Part shown: positions 1 to 10,056 of the stretch, one piece after another | Layout: each line of letters starts with the position of its first letter | Numbering within the stretch: position 1 is the first letter of the stretch | NCBI GenBank assembly: GCA_963663275.1 | Contig: OY760183.1 | Span: forward strand, 1,216,001 to 1,280,000 | Reading direction: 5' to 3' | Length of the DNA stretch: 64,000 nucleotides | DNA from: Chloroflexota bacterium | GTDB lineage: Bacteria > Chloroflexota > UBA11872 > VXOZ01 | Program-made: the position numbers and the translations under genes | Notes under the pieces: model-generated | What the model was told of the DNA's origin: nothing | The model's database searches: none | The model's input: only the letters and a program-made list of their open reading frames with translations

Positions 1-1
1 G

Positions 2-3000
2 CCGGCGACACACGGCGCACAGCAGGCGGCGGTGCGCGCCGGCGCGCGGCCGGTGCTGGCCGCCGTTGCCCAGCAACACGCCACCCGGCCGCTGCTCGTC
101 GTCTGCGCGGACCGGGACCGCGCCCACCGCTTCTACCAGGAACTCCGCTCGTGGTCGCCGCAACCGGCGAACGCGCTCTTCTACCCGGACCTCGACTATC
201 TGCCGTATGAAAATCTGCCCCATTTCTCCAGCACGCTCAGCGCGCGCATCGCCGTGCTCGGCGCGTTGCTGGCCGGGCAGAACGCCAACCTGCCGGCCGG
301 TGAATACCCGGTTGTGGTTACGTCGGTGCGGGCGTTGTGCGAGCGGCTGCCGTCGCCGGCGGAATTGGGCGAACACACGCTGGTGCTCGCGCCCGGGCAG
401 CGCACCGAGCCGGCGGCGCTCAAGAACCGGCTGCTCCGCTTCGGCTACGAGCCGATGCCGCAGGTGGAAGAGCCGGGCACGTTTACCAGCCGCGGCGGCA
501 TCGTGGACATCTTTCCGCCCTCGGAAGAGCAGCCAATCCGCATCGAGTTCTTTGGCGACGAGATCGATTCGGTGCGTCCCTTCAACGTTTCCACCCAACG
601 CAGCACGGCGCAGCACACGTCGCTCTCCATCCTGCCCGCCAACGAAGTGCCCACCTGGCGCAGCGCCGACTTTAGCGCCGCCGTGGGCGCGCTGGACCGG
701 AGCGGCCTGCGACCGGAAGTGCGCGAGCAATGGGAGCGGCACCTGCGCCTGCTGGAAGAGGGCGCGTACTTCGAGCACGCGTCGTTCTACACCATGCCGT
801 TTCTCGAACACAACCTGCTCCACTACCTGCCGGACGGCCTGCTGCTGACGGAGGACACCGCCCACCTGCAAGACGTGGCGCGCGACCTGGAGACCCAGAC
901 CGCCGAACGCAAGCGCCGCCTGATCGCGGGCGGCGAACTCTCCGCCGATTGGCCGGAGGCGTACCACACCGCCGCCAGCGTCCAAGAGCAGATGAGCGCC
1001 TACGCCCGGCTGGACGCGCGCGACCAGAGCGAGAAGGAAAACGATGGCCTGGACGTGCTGCCCGTCTACGCCGGCCGCCCGGGACGGCTGGCGAAAGGCG
1101 TGGGCAGTTTCAGCGCGCAGGGCATGCGCGTGGTGCTGGCAACCACCCAGGTGGAGCGCGTGACCGAGATTCTGCTGGAATACGACTTAGCGCCCACGGT
1201 TCTGGATTCGCTCGCAAGCCCCCCGCCGCCGGGCAGCGTCAGCGTCCTGCCGCTTTCATTGGCGGAAGGTCTCCGCTGCGAGCAAGCGGGACTGCTGCTG
1301 CTCTCGGACGCCGAAATCTTCGGCTGGAAGCGGCCGCCGGCGGCGGCGCGCCTGCGTCCCTCGGCGCGCGGCCAGCGGCTCCTGGACGAACTGCAAGTCG
1401 GCGATCACGTCGTCCACGTAGACCACGGCATCGGGCGCTTTGCCGGTATCCAACGTATGCCCGGCCCTTCCGGCGAGCGCGAGTACCTGGTGGTGGAGTT
1501 CGCCCGAGACGCGCGCATCTACGTGCCCACCGACCACATGGACCGGGTGGAGAAGTACGTCGGCATGGGCGAACGCGCGCCGAACCTTTCGCGCCTGGGC
1601 ACGCAGGAGTGGCAGCGGGCCAAGCAGCGCGCCCAGCAATCGGTGGTGGACATGGCGCAAGACCTGGTGGACGTGGCCGTTGCGCGGGAGTCCGAACCGG
1701 GCCACGCCTTCGCCAGCGACACCGATTGGCAGCGGCAACTCGAACAGGCTTTTCCTTACGCGGAGACGCCGGACCAGGAAAAGGCCATCACCGACGTCAA
1801 GGCCGACATGGAACAGCCCAAGCCGGCGGACCGCCTCATCTGCGGCGACGTGGGTTTTGGCAAGACCGAGGTGGCGATCCGCGCCGCGTTCAAGGCGGTG
1901 ATGGACGGCAAGCAGGTCGCCGTGCTGGTGCCCACCACCGTGCTCGCGTTGCAGCACTACGAGACGCTGAGCAGCCGCTTGCGCCCGTTTCCGGTGCGTG
2001 TGGGTCTGGTCAGCCGCTTTCGCACCCCGAAAGAGATACAGAAGTACCTGGCGGATCTCAGCGCCGGCACGCTGGACATCGTCGTCGGCACCCACCGCCT
2101 GCTCTCCAAGGACGTGCGCTTCAACGACCTGGGGCTGGTGATTGTGGACGAGGAGCAGCGGTTCGGCGTGGCGCAGAAAGAGCACTTCAAGCAACTGCGC
2201 AAGCAGGTGGACGTGCTGGCGCTCTCGGCCACGCCCATCCCGCGCACGCTGCATATGGCGCTGGCGGGCATCCGCGACCTGAGCGTGATCGAGACGCCGC
2301 CGCCCAACCGCCTGGCGGTGAAGACCTACGTCACCGCCTTTCACGACGACCTGGTCCGCGACGCTATCCAGCGGGAACTCAATCGCGGCGGCCAGGTCTT
2401 CATCGTGCACAACGACATCGAGACGATCTACTCGCTGGCGTACCACGTGCGCGAACTGGCGCCGGCGGCGCGGGTCACCGTGGGCCACGGTCAGATGGAA
2501 TCGGACCGGCTGGAGAAGGTGATGCACGCCTTCGTGCAAGGCGAGTACGACATCCTGGTGAGCACCACCATCATCGAGAACGGCCTCGATATTCCGCGCG
2601 TGAACACGCTCATCGTCAACGACGCCTGGCGCTTTGGGCTGGCGCAACTCTACCAACTGCGCGGCCGCGTGGGCCGCGCCGACGTGCAGGCCTACTCATA
2701 CTTTCTCTACAACCCGGTAAAGCAGCTTACGGAAGAGGCGGAGAAGCGATTGGACGCCATCATGGAGGCGACGGAGTTGGGCGCGGGCTTCAAGATCGCG
2801 TTGCGGGACCTGGAAATTCGCGGCGCGGGCAACCTGCTGGGCGCGGAGCAGCACGGCTTCGTGAACGCCGTGGGCTTGAACCTCTATACCAAGATGCTCA
2901 AGCAGACGGTAGCGGCCATGCTCGGCCAACAATCCAAAGAGGATTTGCCGCCGGAGCAGGCGCTGGAAACTGTGGTGGACCTGCCGCTGGCCGCCTATAT

Positions 3001-3412
3001 ACCGGACGAGTACGTGGGCGGTGTGGGCACCAAGATGAAGCTCTACCAACGAGCGGCCGCCCTGAAAGCGCGGGCAGAGACCGAATCGTTCGCCGAGGAA
3101 CTCCGCGATCGGTTCGGCCCGCCGCCGCCGGCGGTGAAGAACCTGCTCTTCCTCCTGCGGCTGCGGGCGCGGGCGGCCGACAACGGCATTCTCTCGCTGG
3201 CGTTCGAGGACGACGCGCTCGTCATCCGCTTCCGCGAGGAGCGCGTCTTCGACCGCATGGGAATCTTCAAGGAGTATGGCACCGACGTGCGCATGACCCG
3301 CACCGTCGTGCGCTGGCGAGTGGGCCGCGACGAAGAGAAATGGCGCGACGGCCTGGAAACGCTGCTGGAGATGCTGCTGGAAGCGAAGACACTGGTAGGG
3401 TCTCAAAGGTAG
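2..3412 (+). CDS. mfd: Transcription-repair coupling factor Mfd (probably 5'-truncated by the window edge)
   Basis: UvrB-homology region (RGGIVDIFP), RID (VVHVDHGIGRF), helicase motifs GDVGFGKT, DEEQRFG, SATPIPRT, QLRGRVGR, and C-terminal TRCF domain; frame is open back to position 2. Confidence 0.98.
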   Translation, partial: PATHGAQQAAVRAGARPVLAAVAQQHATRPLLVVCADRDRAHRFYQELRSWSPQPANALFYPDLDYLPYENLPHFSSTLSARIAVLGALLAGQNANLPAGEYPVVVTSVRALCERLPSPAELGEHTLVLAPGQRTEPAALKNRLLRFGYEPMPQVEEPGTFTSRGGIVDIFPPSEEQPIRIEFFGDEIDSVRPFNVSTQRSTAQHTSLSILPANEVPTWRSADFSAAVGALDRSGLRPEVREQWERHLRLLEEGAYFEHASFYTMPFLEHNLLHYLPDGLLLTEDTAHLQDVARDLETQTAERKRRLIAGGELSADWPEAYHTAASVQEQMSAYARLDARDQSEKENDGLDVLPVYAGRPGRLAKGVGSFSAQGMRVVLATTQVERVTEILLEYDLAPTVLDSLASPPPPGSVSVLPLSLAEGLRCEQAGLLLLSDAEIFGWKRPPAAARLRPSARGQRLLDELQVGDHVVHVDHGIGRFAGIQRMPGPSGEREYLVVEFARDARIYVPTDHMDRVEKYVGMGERAPNLSRLGTQEWQRAKQRAQQSVVDMAQDLVDVAVARESEPGHAFASDTDWQRQLEQAFPYAETPDQEKAITDVKADMEQPKPADRLICGDVGFGKTEVAIRAAFKAVMDGKQVAVLVPTTVLALQHYETLSSRLRPFPVRVGLVSRFRTPKEIQKYLADLSAGTLDIVVGTHRLLSKDVRFNDLGLVIVDEEQRFGVAQKEHFKQLRKQVDVLALSATPIPRTLHMALAGIRDLSVIETPPPNRLAVKTYVTAFHDDLVRDAIQRELNRGGQVFIVHNDIETIYSLAYHVRELAPAARVTVGHGQMESDRLEKVMHAFVQGEYDILVSTTIIENGLDIPRVNTLIVNDAWRFGLAQLYQLRGRVGRADVQAYSYFLYNPVKQLTEEAEKRLDAIMEATELGAGFKIALRDLEIRGAGNLLGAEQHGFVNAVGLNLYTKMLKQTVAAMLGQQSKEDLPPEQALETVVDLPLAAYIPDEYVGGVGTKMKLYQRAAALKARAETESFAEELRDRFGPPPPAVKNLLFLLRLRARAADNGILSLAFEDDALVIRFREERVFDRMGIFKEYGTDVRMTRTVVRWRVGRDEEKWRDGLETLLEMLLEAKTLVGSQR

Positions 3413-3418
3413 CCCGCC

Positions 3419-3763
3419 ATGTCGAAGCAGGAAACTATCTATCTTGAAGATATCCAAAGAGAGTCAGAGCAGATCCAAGAATTCGTAAAGAGTATGACCC
3501 TTGCAGAGTTTACCCGTGATGTGAAGACCCAGTATGCTGTTCGACTGGCACTCGCCCACATTGGTGAAGCAGTAAAACGGCTGCCAGTGTCACTCACCAC
3601 ACAACACCCACAGATACCCTGGAGGCAGATTGCCGGAATGCGTGACCGCTTGGTGCATGAGTATGCTACCGTGGAGGTGACCATCGTTTGGCGAACGGCT
3701 ACGACAAATGTACCGGAGCTAGCGAAAGCGGTTTCCACAATTCTGCATGAGAAGCTGCAATGA
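3419..3763 (+). CDS. HEPN (DUF86/HepT-like) ribonuclease toxin
   Basis: 114 aa; IPWRQIAGMRDRLVHEY contains the HEPN R-X4-H-X-Y motif; visibly more AT-rich than flanks. Confidence 0.9.
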   Translation: MSKQETIYLEDIQRESEQIQEFVKSMTLAEFTRDVKTQYAVRLALAHIGEAVKRLPVSLTTQHPQIPWRQIAGMRDRLVHEYATVEVTIVWRTATTNVPELAKAVSTILHEKLQ

Positions 3764-4110
3764 CTGCTATCAAGAGACTGAGTCGAGATGCCGCCTTGCG
3801 CTTGATCGAGGCAAATCGAGAGCAACTCAAGCGCCTTGGCGTCGAGCGAATCGCCCTGTATGGATCGGTGGCGCGGAACGAGGCCACGGCTGAGAGTGAC
3901 GTGGACGTGCTGGTCGAATTGGCCGACGCGTTCCTGACGCTGGAAGGCTATATGAACGTCTGCTTCTTTTTGGAGGAGCTATTCGGGCGGCGTGTAGACG
4001 TGACAACCCTCGGTAGCCTGGAGCCGCGCCTGAAGTCCGGCGTGTTGGCCGATGCGGTGTATGCCAATCTGGCGGGCAAGACCCCGGCCGCCGTTAACGC
4101 GGACTCCTAA
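3760..4110 (+). CDS. Minimal nucleotidyltransferase (MNT/MntA-like) antitoxin
   Basis: YGSVARNEATAESDVDVLV matches G-S-X10-D-X-D; ATGA overlap with the HEPN gene. Confidence 0.9.
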   Translation: MTAIKRLSRDAALRLIEANREQLKRLGVERIALYGSVARNEATAESDVDVLVELADAFLTLEGYMNVCFFLEELFGRRVDVTTLGSLEPRLKSGVLADAVYANLAGKTPAAVNADS

Positions 4111-4280
4111 GGCAGCGGCGGAAGTCTCCGGCGCAGTACGATTGGGTTTGGGCGCCGCAGCGATAAGCGACGGCCACGCGCACACCGGCCTGAAAAGTGT
4201 GCGCCCTCGTGTGCGTGCGCTCCTACTGTCCAGCGCTTATGCCAGGTTGCGCGGTCCACTCCGATTGGTCTTTGAACTTC

Positions 4281-4991
4281 ATGAGCGCCACACTTTCACC
4301 GGCTATCGGCACGTATCAAGAGAAGTCGCTCCACGCGGCGCTCAAGGCCTGGTACGCCGCGCCGGGCGATCGCGCCGAGCAGCCTGTGGACGGCTTCGTG
4401 ATCGACCTGGCGCGGGGCGATGAGCTTATCGAGATCCAGACGCGCAACTTTGGCGCGCTCAAGCGCAAGCTCACCGCGCTCCTGAGAAATCACACGGTGC
4501 GTCTCGTGCATCCGATTGCCGCGCGGAAGTGGATCGTGCGGCTGGGCGGAGACGGGACAACCGCGCTTAGCCGCCGTCGCTCGCCCAAGCGCGGCACGCT
4601 GCTGGACGTGTTCGACGAACTCGTCAGCATCCCGCATCTGGTCGGCCACCCGCGCTTCTCGCTGGACGTGCTGCTGGTCGAGGTGGAGGAGACGCGCCGC
4701 CAGGACGGCCGCGGCAGTTGGCGGCGGCGCGGCTGGAGCATCGAGGACCAGGCGCTCGTCGGCGTGCGGTCGCAACACCGCTTTCACGGCCCGGCGGACT
4801 TTGCCGCCCTCCTGCCCGCCGCGCTGCCGGAACCGTTCACCAGCGGCAAAATTGCCAACGCGCTCGGCGCGCGCCCCAGCCAAGGCCAAAAGATCGCCTA
4901 CTGCCTGCGCCACATGGGGGCAATTGAACTGGTCGGTAAGCAGGGGAACGCTTACCAATACCGGCGGTCAGCGTTGCCCGCTGCTCCTTAG
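4281..4991 (+). CDS. Conserved hypothetical protein with PD-(D/E)xK-like nuclease signature
   Basis: EKSLHAALK...E.PVDGFVID...LIEIQT (D...ExQ variant) and a C-terminal wHTH-like segment; start placed at ATG 4281. Confidence 0.6.
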   Translation: MSATLSPAIGTYQEKSLHAALKAWYAAPGDRAEQPVDGFVIDLARGDELIEIQTRNFGALKRKLTALLRNHTVRLVHPIAARKWIVRLGGDGTTALSRRRSPKRGTLLDVFDELVSIPHLVGHPRFSLDVLLVEVEETRRQDGRGSWRRRGWSIEDQALVGVRSQHRFHGPADFAALLPAALPEPFTSGKIANALGARPSQGQKIAYCLRHMGAIELVGKQGNAYQYRRSALPAAP

Positions 4992-5111
4992 GGCAAATAA
5001 CTACCTTCCCGGCAATGAAGAGAGCACCCGGCAGTGTTGACATCTCAGGTCACCGCTACGAGAAGACACTCCCGACTTTCCACAACACCATGGCAGGGAA
5101 GAACTGCCCTC

Positions 5112-5183
5112 CGTCATTCCGGCGCAAGCCGGAATCCAGAACGCGCCCGGCAAAGATGGATTCCGGCTTGCGCCGGAATGACG
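5112..5183. repeat. CGTC-type REP-like hairpin doublet (CGTCATTCCGGCGCAAGCCGGAATCCA...TGGATTCCGGCTTGCGCCGGAATGACG)
   Basis: Long inverted repeat between convergent genes; same family at 33195-33264 and 57714-57785. Confidence 0.9.
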
Positions 5184-5197
5184 AGAAGGGTTCCGGC

Positions 5198-6265
5198 CTA
5201 CTTCAGCGGGAAGCTCACCGGCGCGGGTGAAATCTTACCCGCTTTTTGGATGCCCACGGCGATTTCCAGAGCGTGGCGGGCTTCCTCGCCGGTGATGGCC
5301 GGCGGCCGGCCTTCGTGGATGGCCCGCACCATGTCTTCCACCTGCACCTGGTGGCCGTTCCAGCCTTTCACCGTCGGGTCGGCGGCGGCGGTCATGCGCG
5401 CCGAGTAGCCGGACTTCATCTCCTGTTCCTCCTCTTCTTCCCGGTCGCCCTGGATGCGCCAGGTAACGACGCCGGCGTTCGTCAGGCAGATGCTGCCCTT
5501 TTCGCCAAAGAAGTGGAAGTTGTGGTCCAGCCCCGGGTAGGCCGAGGTGGTGAATACCATGTTGCCGAACGAGCCGTTGGCAAAGCGCGCGTTCACCACG
5601 GCCAGGTCTTCGGTCTCGATGTCGTGGGTAAAGGTGCCGAGTTGGGCGGTGAGCGACTCCACCGGGCCCATGATCCACTGGAGCAGGTCGATGCTGTGGA
5701 TGCCCTGGTTCATGGACGCGCCGCCGCCGTCGAACTTATACGTGCCGCGCCAACTCACCGGGCCGCCGCCGGAAAAATACTCCGCCGTGCGCAGCCAGTA
5801 GAGTTGCACGTCGGCGTAGAAGACCCGGCCCAGGCGGCCCGCTTCGATCGTCTCCTTCACCTTGGCGTAGAGCGGATGCAGGCGCGATTGGAAGATTGCC
5901 GCCAGCTTGACGTTGTTTTCGCGGCAGGCCGCGATGAGGGCGTCGGCCTTCTCCAGCGTGACGTCCAGGGGTTTCTCGCAGATCACGTGCTTGCCGGCCT
6001 GCGCCGCCTGGATGCCCAACTCGGCGTGGGTGCCGGTGGGCGTGCAGACGTTCACCACCTGCACGGCGTCGTCGGCCAGCAACTCTTCCACGGAGCCGTA
6101 AGCCGTGACGTTGTGGTCACCCGCGAGGCCTACCGCGAACTGCGGCTCCATGTCGGCGATGCCGATCAATTCCGCCCCGGCCGCGTCCACTATTGCCTGC
6201 GTGTGGGAACGGGCAATGCCCCCGGCGCCGATGACGCCAAAACCGACCGTCTGTTGTGTTGCCAT
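5198..6265 (-). CDS. Gfo/Idh/MocA family oxidoreductase
   Basis: GVIGAGGIA Rossmann motif, CEKP motif, GGGASMNQGIHSID; GGAGG RBS upstream of ATG 6265. Confidence 0.93.
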   Translation of the reverse strand: MATQQTVGFGVIGAGGIARSHTQAIVDAAGAELIGIADMEPQFAVGLAGDHNVTAYGSVEELLADDAVQVVNVCTPTGTHAELGIQAAQAGKHVICEKPLDVTLEKADALIAACRENNVKLAAIFQSRLHPLYAKVKETIEAGRLGRVFYADVQLYWLRTAEYFSGGGPVSWRGTYKFDGGGASMNQGIHSIDLLQWIMGPVESLTAQLGTFTHDIETEDLAVVNARFANGSFGNMVFTTSAYPGLDHNFHFFGEKGSICLTNAGVVTWRIQGDREEEEEQEMKSGYSARMTAAADPTVKGWNGHQVQVEDMVRAIHEGRPPAITGEEARHALEIAVGIQKAGKISPAPVSFPLK

Positions 6266-6535
6266 ATCGTCATTTCCTCCCTCTGCTCGTCGTCTGCCGT
6301 CTGTGCCAATGTGTTGGGTGAGGCGCGCCCCGCGCCGTTGTCCCAGGCGGGCACGGGCCGCGCGGCGCGAACGCCGCACATTGAGCATAGCATATTCCCG
6401 GTTACGCATCCCGACGGTCTTTACGCGCGGAATGGCAGAGGCGCGACTTCAGGGTGAAGCGGGTATGACGTCAGAGCGTTAGGAACACGAAATCAGGGTG
6501 GTAGGGGCACAACGTCAGGGTGGTGCGGGCGTGAA

Positions 6536-6583
6536 GACAATGGTGGTAGGGGCACGACATGTCGTGCCCCTACCACCATTGTC
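6536..6583. repeat. GTAG-type REP palindrome GTAGGGGCACGACATGTCGTGCCCCTAC, extended to a 48-bp perfect palindrome
   Basis: Read directly; a degenerate half-copy (GTGGTAGGGGCACAAC) lies 45 bp upstream. Confidence 0.92.
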
Positions 6584-6618
6584 GTGCGTGACCGGGAGCG
6601 CCAACCGCGCCGCGGGGC

Positions 6619-7920
6619 TTACGCCACCTCGGAATGCTGCCGGTCCAGTAGCAGCGTATCGTCGCGGTGCGGGCCGACGCCCACCATGCAGATGCTCTGG
6701 CCGCCGGTCAGTTCGCTGATGCGCTCCAAATACGCCTGGGCGTTGGGCGGCAGATCGCGCCACGCGCGCGCCTCCGTCGTGCGCTCTTGCCAGCCGGGGA
6801 GTTCTTCGTAGACCGGCCGGGCGCGGGCCATCAGGCGCGTATCCGGCACGGTCTCGTAGCGCGTGCCGTCCACGTCGTAAGCCACGCAGACCTTGAGCGC
6901 CGGCAGTTGGTCGAGCACGTCGATCTTGGTGACGGCAATCGAGGAAAAGCCGCAGAGTTCGGCGGCGTAGCGCACGGCCACGGCGTCGAACCAACCGCAG
7001 CGGCGGGGACGGCCGGTCGTTGCGCCATACTCTTCGCCCACCTCGCGCAGGGTCTCCCCCATCGCGCCCTCGAGTTCGGTGGGCACCGGGCCTTCGCCCA
7101 CGGCGGTGGTGTAGGCCTTGACCACGCCGATGATGTTGCCGATGCGGTGCGGCGGCACACCGGCGCCGGTGGCGCTGCCGCCGGCAATCGGGGACGACGA
7201 CGTGACGTAGGGATAGATACCCCAATCGACGTCGCGCAGCGCGCCAAGCTGGCCTTCCAGCAGGACCGTCCGGTCTTCCCGCAGCGCCTGCTGCACCAGC
7301 GGATGCGTATTCGTGACGTACGGGGCAAGTTGCGCGCCCCAGTCCAGCGCCTGCTCCAGCAGAGCGTCATACGAAAGCGGATCGTGGTCGTAGACCCGCG
7401 TGAGCAGGCGGTTCTTCACGTCCAGGACCTGGCGCAAGTAGCCGCGCAGGTGCGCCGGGTCGGTCAGGTCGCCCATGCGCAGGCCGACCCGCGCCGCCTT
7501 GTCGGTGTAGCAGGGGCCGATGCCGCGCTTGGTGGTTCCTTGGGCGTTCTTGCCGCGCGCTTCCTCTTCCAGGCCGTCCAGCAGCACGTGATAGGGCATC
7601 ACCACCTGCGCGCGCTCCGAGACGCGCACGCGGCCCGGGGGCGTCTCCACGCCGGCGTCGTTCAGCAGTTTCATCTCGCTGAGGAGCGATTGCGGGTTGA
7701 TCGCCATGCCCGCGCCGAGCAGGTTGCGCACGTGGGGGTAGAAGATGCCGCAGGGGAGGAGATGCAGCGCGAATTTGCCATGGCTGTTCACGACCGTATG
7801 ACCCGCATTGTCTCCACCCTGATAGCGGATCACCATGTGGGCCTGCGACGCCATGACGTCTACCACGCGCCCCTTGCCCTCATCACCCCACTGGGCGCCA
7901 ACCACGGCTGTAACTGGCAT
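6619..7920 (-). CDS. purA: Adenylosuccinate synthetase
   Basis: GAQWGDEGKG, GGDNAGHT, GTTKRGIGP, GATTGRPRRCGWFD, TKIDVL motifs. Confidence 0.98.
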   Translation of the reverse strand: MPVTAVVGAQWGDEGKGRVVDVMASQAHMVIRYQGGDNAGHTVVNSHGKFALHLLPCGIFYPHVRNLLGAGMAINPQSLLSEMKLLNDAGVETPPGRVRVSERAQVVMPYHVLLDGLEEEARGKNAQGTTKRGIGPCYTDKAARVGLRMGDLTDPAHLRGYLRQVLDVKNRLLTRVYDHDPLSYDALLEQALDWGAQLAPYVTNTHPLVQQALREDRTVLLEGQLGALRDVDWGIYPYVTSSSPIAGGSATGAGVPPHRIGNIIGVVKAYTTAVGEGPVPTELEGAMGETLREVGEEYGATTGRPRRCGWFDAVAVRYAAELCGFSSIAVTKIDVLDQLPALKVCVAYDVDGTRYETVPDTRLMARARPVYEELPGWQERTTEARAWRDLPPNAQAYLERISELTGGQSICMVGVGPHRDDTLLLDRQHSEVA

Positions 7921-8104
7921 GGATGCCTCCCTCAACGCAAGCCAAACCAAGACCTCGGTTTGGCAAAAGGACCGGATGCGGGCGTCACCGGCGTGACGCG
8001 CCATTCCTCATACTACCCTATGCCCGCGCGGGAAACAAACGCGGATGATTGCGGGAAGATGCGGGGGTCTGATTGGCCCCCTTTTTGTTTGCCCGGCGGC
8101 CTTG

Positions 8105-8716
8105 CTACGCGGCTTCCGTCTCATCGCGCGCCGCGCCTGCCGGGGCAAGCATCGTCAACACCGCAATCAGCAGGAACGCGGCCAGCGCCATGACGGGGAT
8201 GGAGACGAAGCCGAACTCCCGCACCCACATCACGTTGCAGGGCGCGTCCACGCCGCAACTCGTCGCCCGGTCTAACCCGGGTACTCGTTGCACCAGCGTG
8301 TGGTAGCCGGCAACCAGCGCGCCGGCGCCCGCCAGCGGCAGCGCGTACCAGCGGACGGCGCCGTCGTTTCGCAGCGCGCCGGCGCCAAGCACGAGTACCA
8401 GCGGGTACATGGCAATCCGCTGCCACCAGCAGAGCACGCAGGGCGGATAGTGGAGTATTTCGGAGAGGTAGAGGCTGCCGCCGGCGGCGACCAGTGACGC
8501 AATCCACGCCAGCCGCAGCGCGGATTCCCGCCCGTAGGCCAGGGCGGACGCGCGCCAGCGCGCCGTTGCGCTCATGCCTGCGGCGTCGTGGGCAGGAAGC
8601 GCGCGCTCCCATGCGGCCAGGATTGCGATAAGCGCCGCGGCCGCGATCGCGATCAGGGTGAGGACGGCCAGGGCCTGGGGTATGGTCCACACGGGATAGG
8701 GCGCTCCTTCATCCAA
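8105..8716 (-). CDS. Disulfide bond formation protein DsbB/BdbC-like (start uncertain)
   Basis: SLYLSE...PCVLCWWQRIAMYPL (CxxC motif) plus a second Cys pair C-x5-C; multiple TM segments. Confidence 0.85.
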   Translation of the reverse strand: MDEGAPYPVWTIPQALAVLTLIAIAAAALIAILAAWERALPAHDAAGMSATARWRASALAYGRESALRLAWIASLVAAGGSLYLSEILHYPPCVLCWWQRIAMYPLVLVLGAGALRNDGAVRWYALPLAGAGALVAGYHTLVQRVPGLDRATSCGVDAPCNVMWVREFGFVSIPVMALAAFLLIAVLTMLAPAGAARDETEAA

Positions 8717-8804
8717 TTGACATCCGCCAACCCGACGCCAAGGCGGTTGCGCGCCGCGATGGGCCGCACACAGCCCGGCGGGATTCCGGTACGGACGGGC
8801 TCGC

Positions 8805-10034
8805 TCAAGACGCCGCCATCGTCCGTTTCTCGACTGCTCGCACGTCAAAGCGGCCCACGGGCGGCAGCGGCTCGCCGATGAGCGGCGCGGCGTAGGCGCG
8901 GAACTCGGCGGACGGCATGTTGCCTTCCTTGTTGATGTACGCGCGGGGCAGGTAGTTTTCGGCGTTCGCCACCGCCGCCAGCGGCGCGGTGCCGGTAGTG
9001 CACTCGTAGGGGTCGTTGCCGACGCGCTCCAGCGTAATCATCACGCCGCCGGCGCCGCCAACCGCCTCGCGCACCGCCGCCCGGCCCACCATGTAGGCCT
9101 CCTCCCGGTCCACATGCGAGGCGGCGAGCATCGACGACCGCTGCAGGGTGCCGGGCCGGTTGGCCCGCGCCTTGATGCCCAGCCGCTCGCGTATCTGCCG
9201 GGCCAGGTAGTTGGCGCTGCCGGCCACGATGATGTGGCCAAAGGAATCCGAGTTCACGGTCGCTTCCGATAGCCCGACGATGTCGCCTTCCGCCGTCTTG
9301 AGCATCTCCGCTACCGCCACCGTGGCAAAGCCGTTCTTCACGAAGCAGCGCGAAACGTCATCCAGGAACTTCTCTTCGCTAAAGGGAATTTCCGGCACGT
9401 ACACCAGGTGAGGCGGATCGGTCTCGTCCACTTTGCCCAGGCAACTGGCGGCGGTCAGCCAGCCGGCGTGGCGTCCCATGCTCTCGTAGAGCGCGACTCG
9501 ATCATAGCCGGCCATGGCTTCCACGTCCCGTCCCATGTCGCGCACCGACATGGCGCAGTAGCGGGCGGCGCTGCCGTAGCCGGGACAGTGGTCGGTGTAC
9601 ATGAGGTCGTTGTCAATCGTCTTGGGCACGCCGATCACGCGCAGTTCATAGCCCTCGTGCTCGGCCAGGTCGGCAATGCGCTGGCTGGTATCCATCGAGT
9701 CGTTGCCGCCGTTGTAGAGGAAGTAGCGGATATTGTGGGCGCGAAAGACTTCCAGGATGCGGGTGTAGTCGTCCGGCCGCAGTTTGCGGCGGCAGGAGCC
9801 CAGAGCCGCGGCCGGCGTCTGCCGGATGCGCTCCAGTTCGGCCGCGCTCACGCCGCCCAGATCCATCAGGTCTTCTTTCAGCAAGCCTTCTACGCCGTGC
9901 CGCAAGCCATAGATATTCTCGATGGCGTCCTGCGCGCCCGCCTCGTGCAAGATGCCCACGAGCGATGCGTTGATAACGGCGGTGGGCCCGCCCGATTGGC
10001 CTACTGCCAGATTGCCGCGTAGAGTGTCAGGCAT
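8805..10034 (-). CDS. Phosphofructokinase family A, probably pyrophosphate-dependent
   Basis: GQSGGPTAVIN, GGNDSMD (Asp at the ATP/PPi discriminating site), PKTIDND, MGRHAGW. Confidence 0.9.
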   Translation of the reverse strand: MPDTLRGNLAVGQSGGPTAVINASLVGILHEAGAQDAIENIYGLRHGVEGLLKEDLMDLGGVSAAELERIRQTPAAALGSCRRKLRPDDYTRILEVFRAHNIRYFLYNGGNDSMDTSQRIADLAEHEGYELRVIGVPKTIDNDLMYTDHCPGYGSAARYCAMSVRDMGRDVEAMAGYDRVALYESMGRHAGWLTAASCLGKVDETDPPHLVYVPEIPFSEEKFLDDVSRCFVKNGFATVAVAEMLKTAEGDIVGLSEATVNSDSFGHIIVAGSANYLARQIRERLGIKARANRPGTLQRSSMLAASHVDREEAYMVGRAAVREAVGGAGGVMITLERVGNDPYECTTGTAPLAAVANAENYLPRAYINKEGNMPSAEFRAYAAPLIGEPLPPVGRFDVRAVEKRTMAAS

Positions 10035-10056
10035 GGAAGGCATCCCTCCTCTTGGA

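Noticed and set aside
730-3447. 905-aa alternative-frame ORF and similar long shadow ORFs (e.g. 29938-32484, 49568-51628, 52567-54195)
   Set aside because: Arg/Gly/Ala-rich, motif-free and overlapping well-supported genes; expected at high GC.
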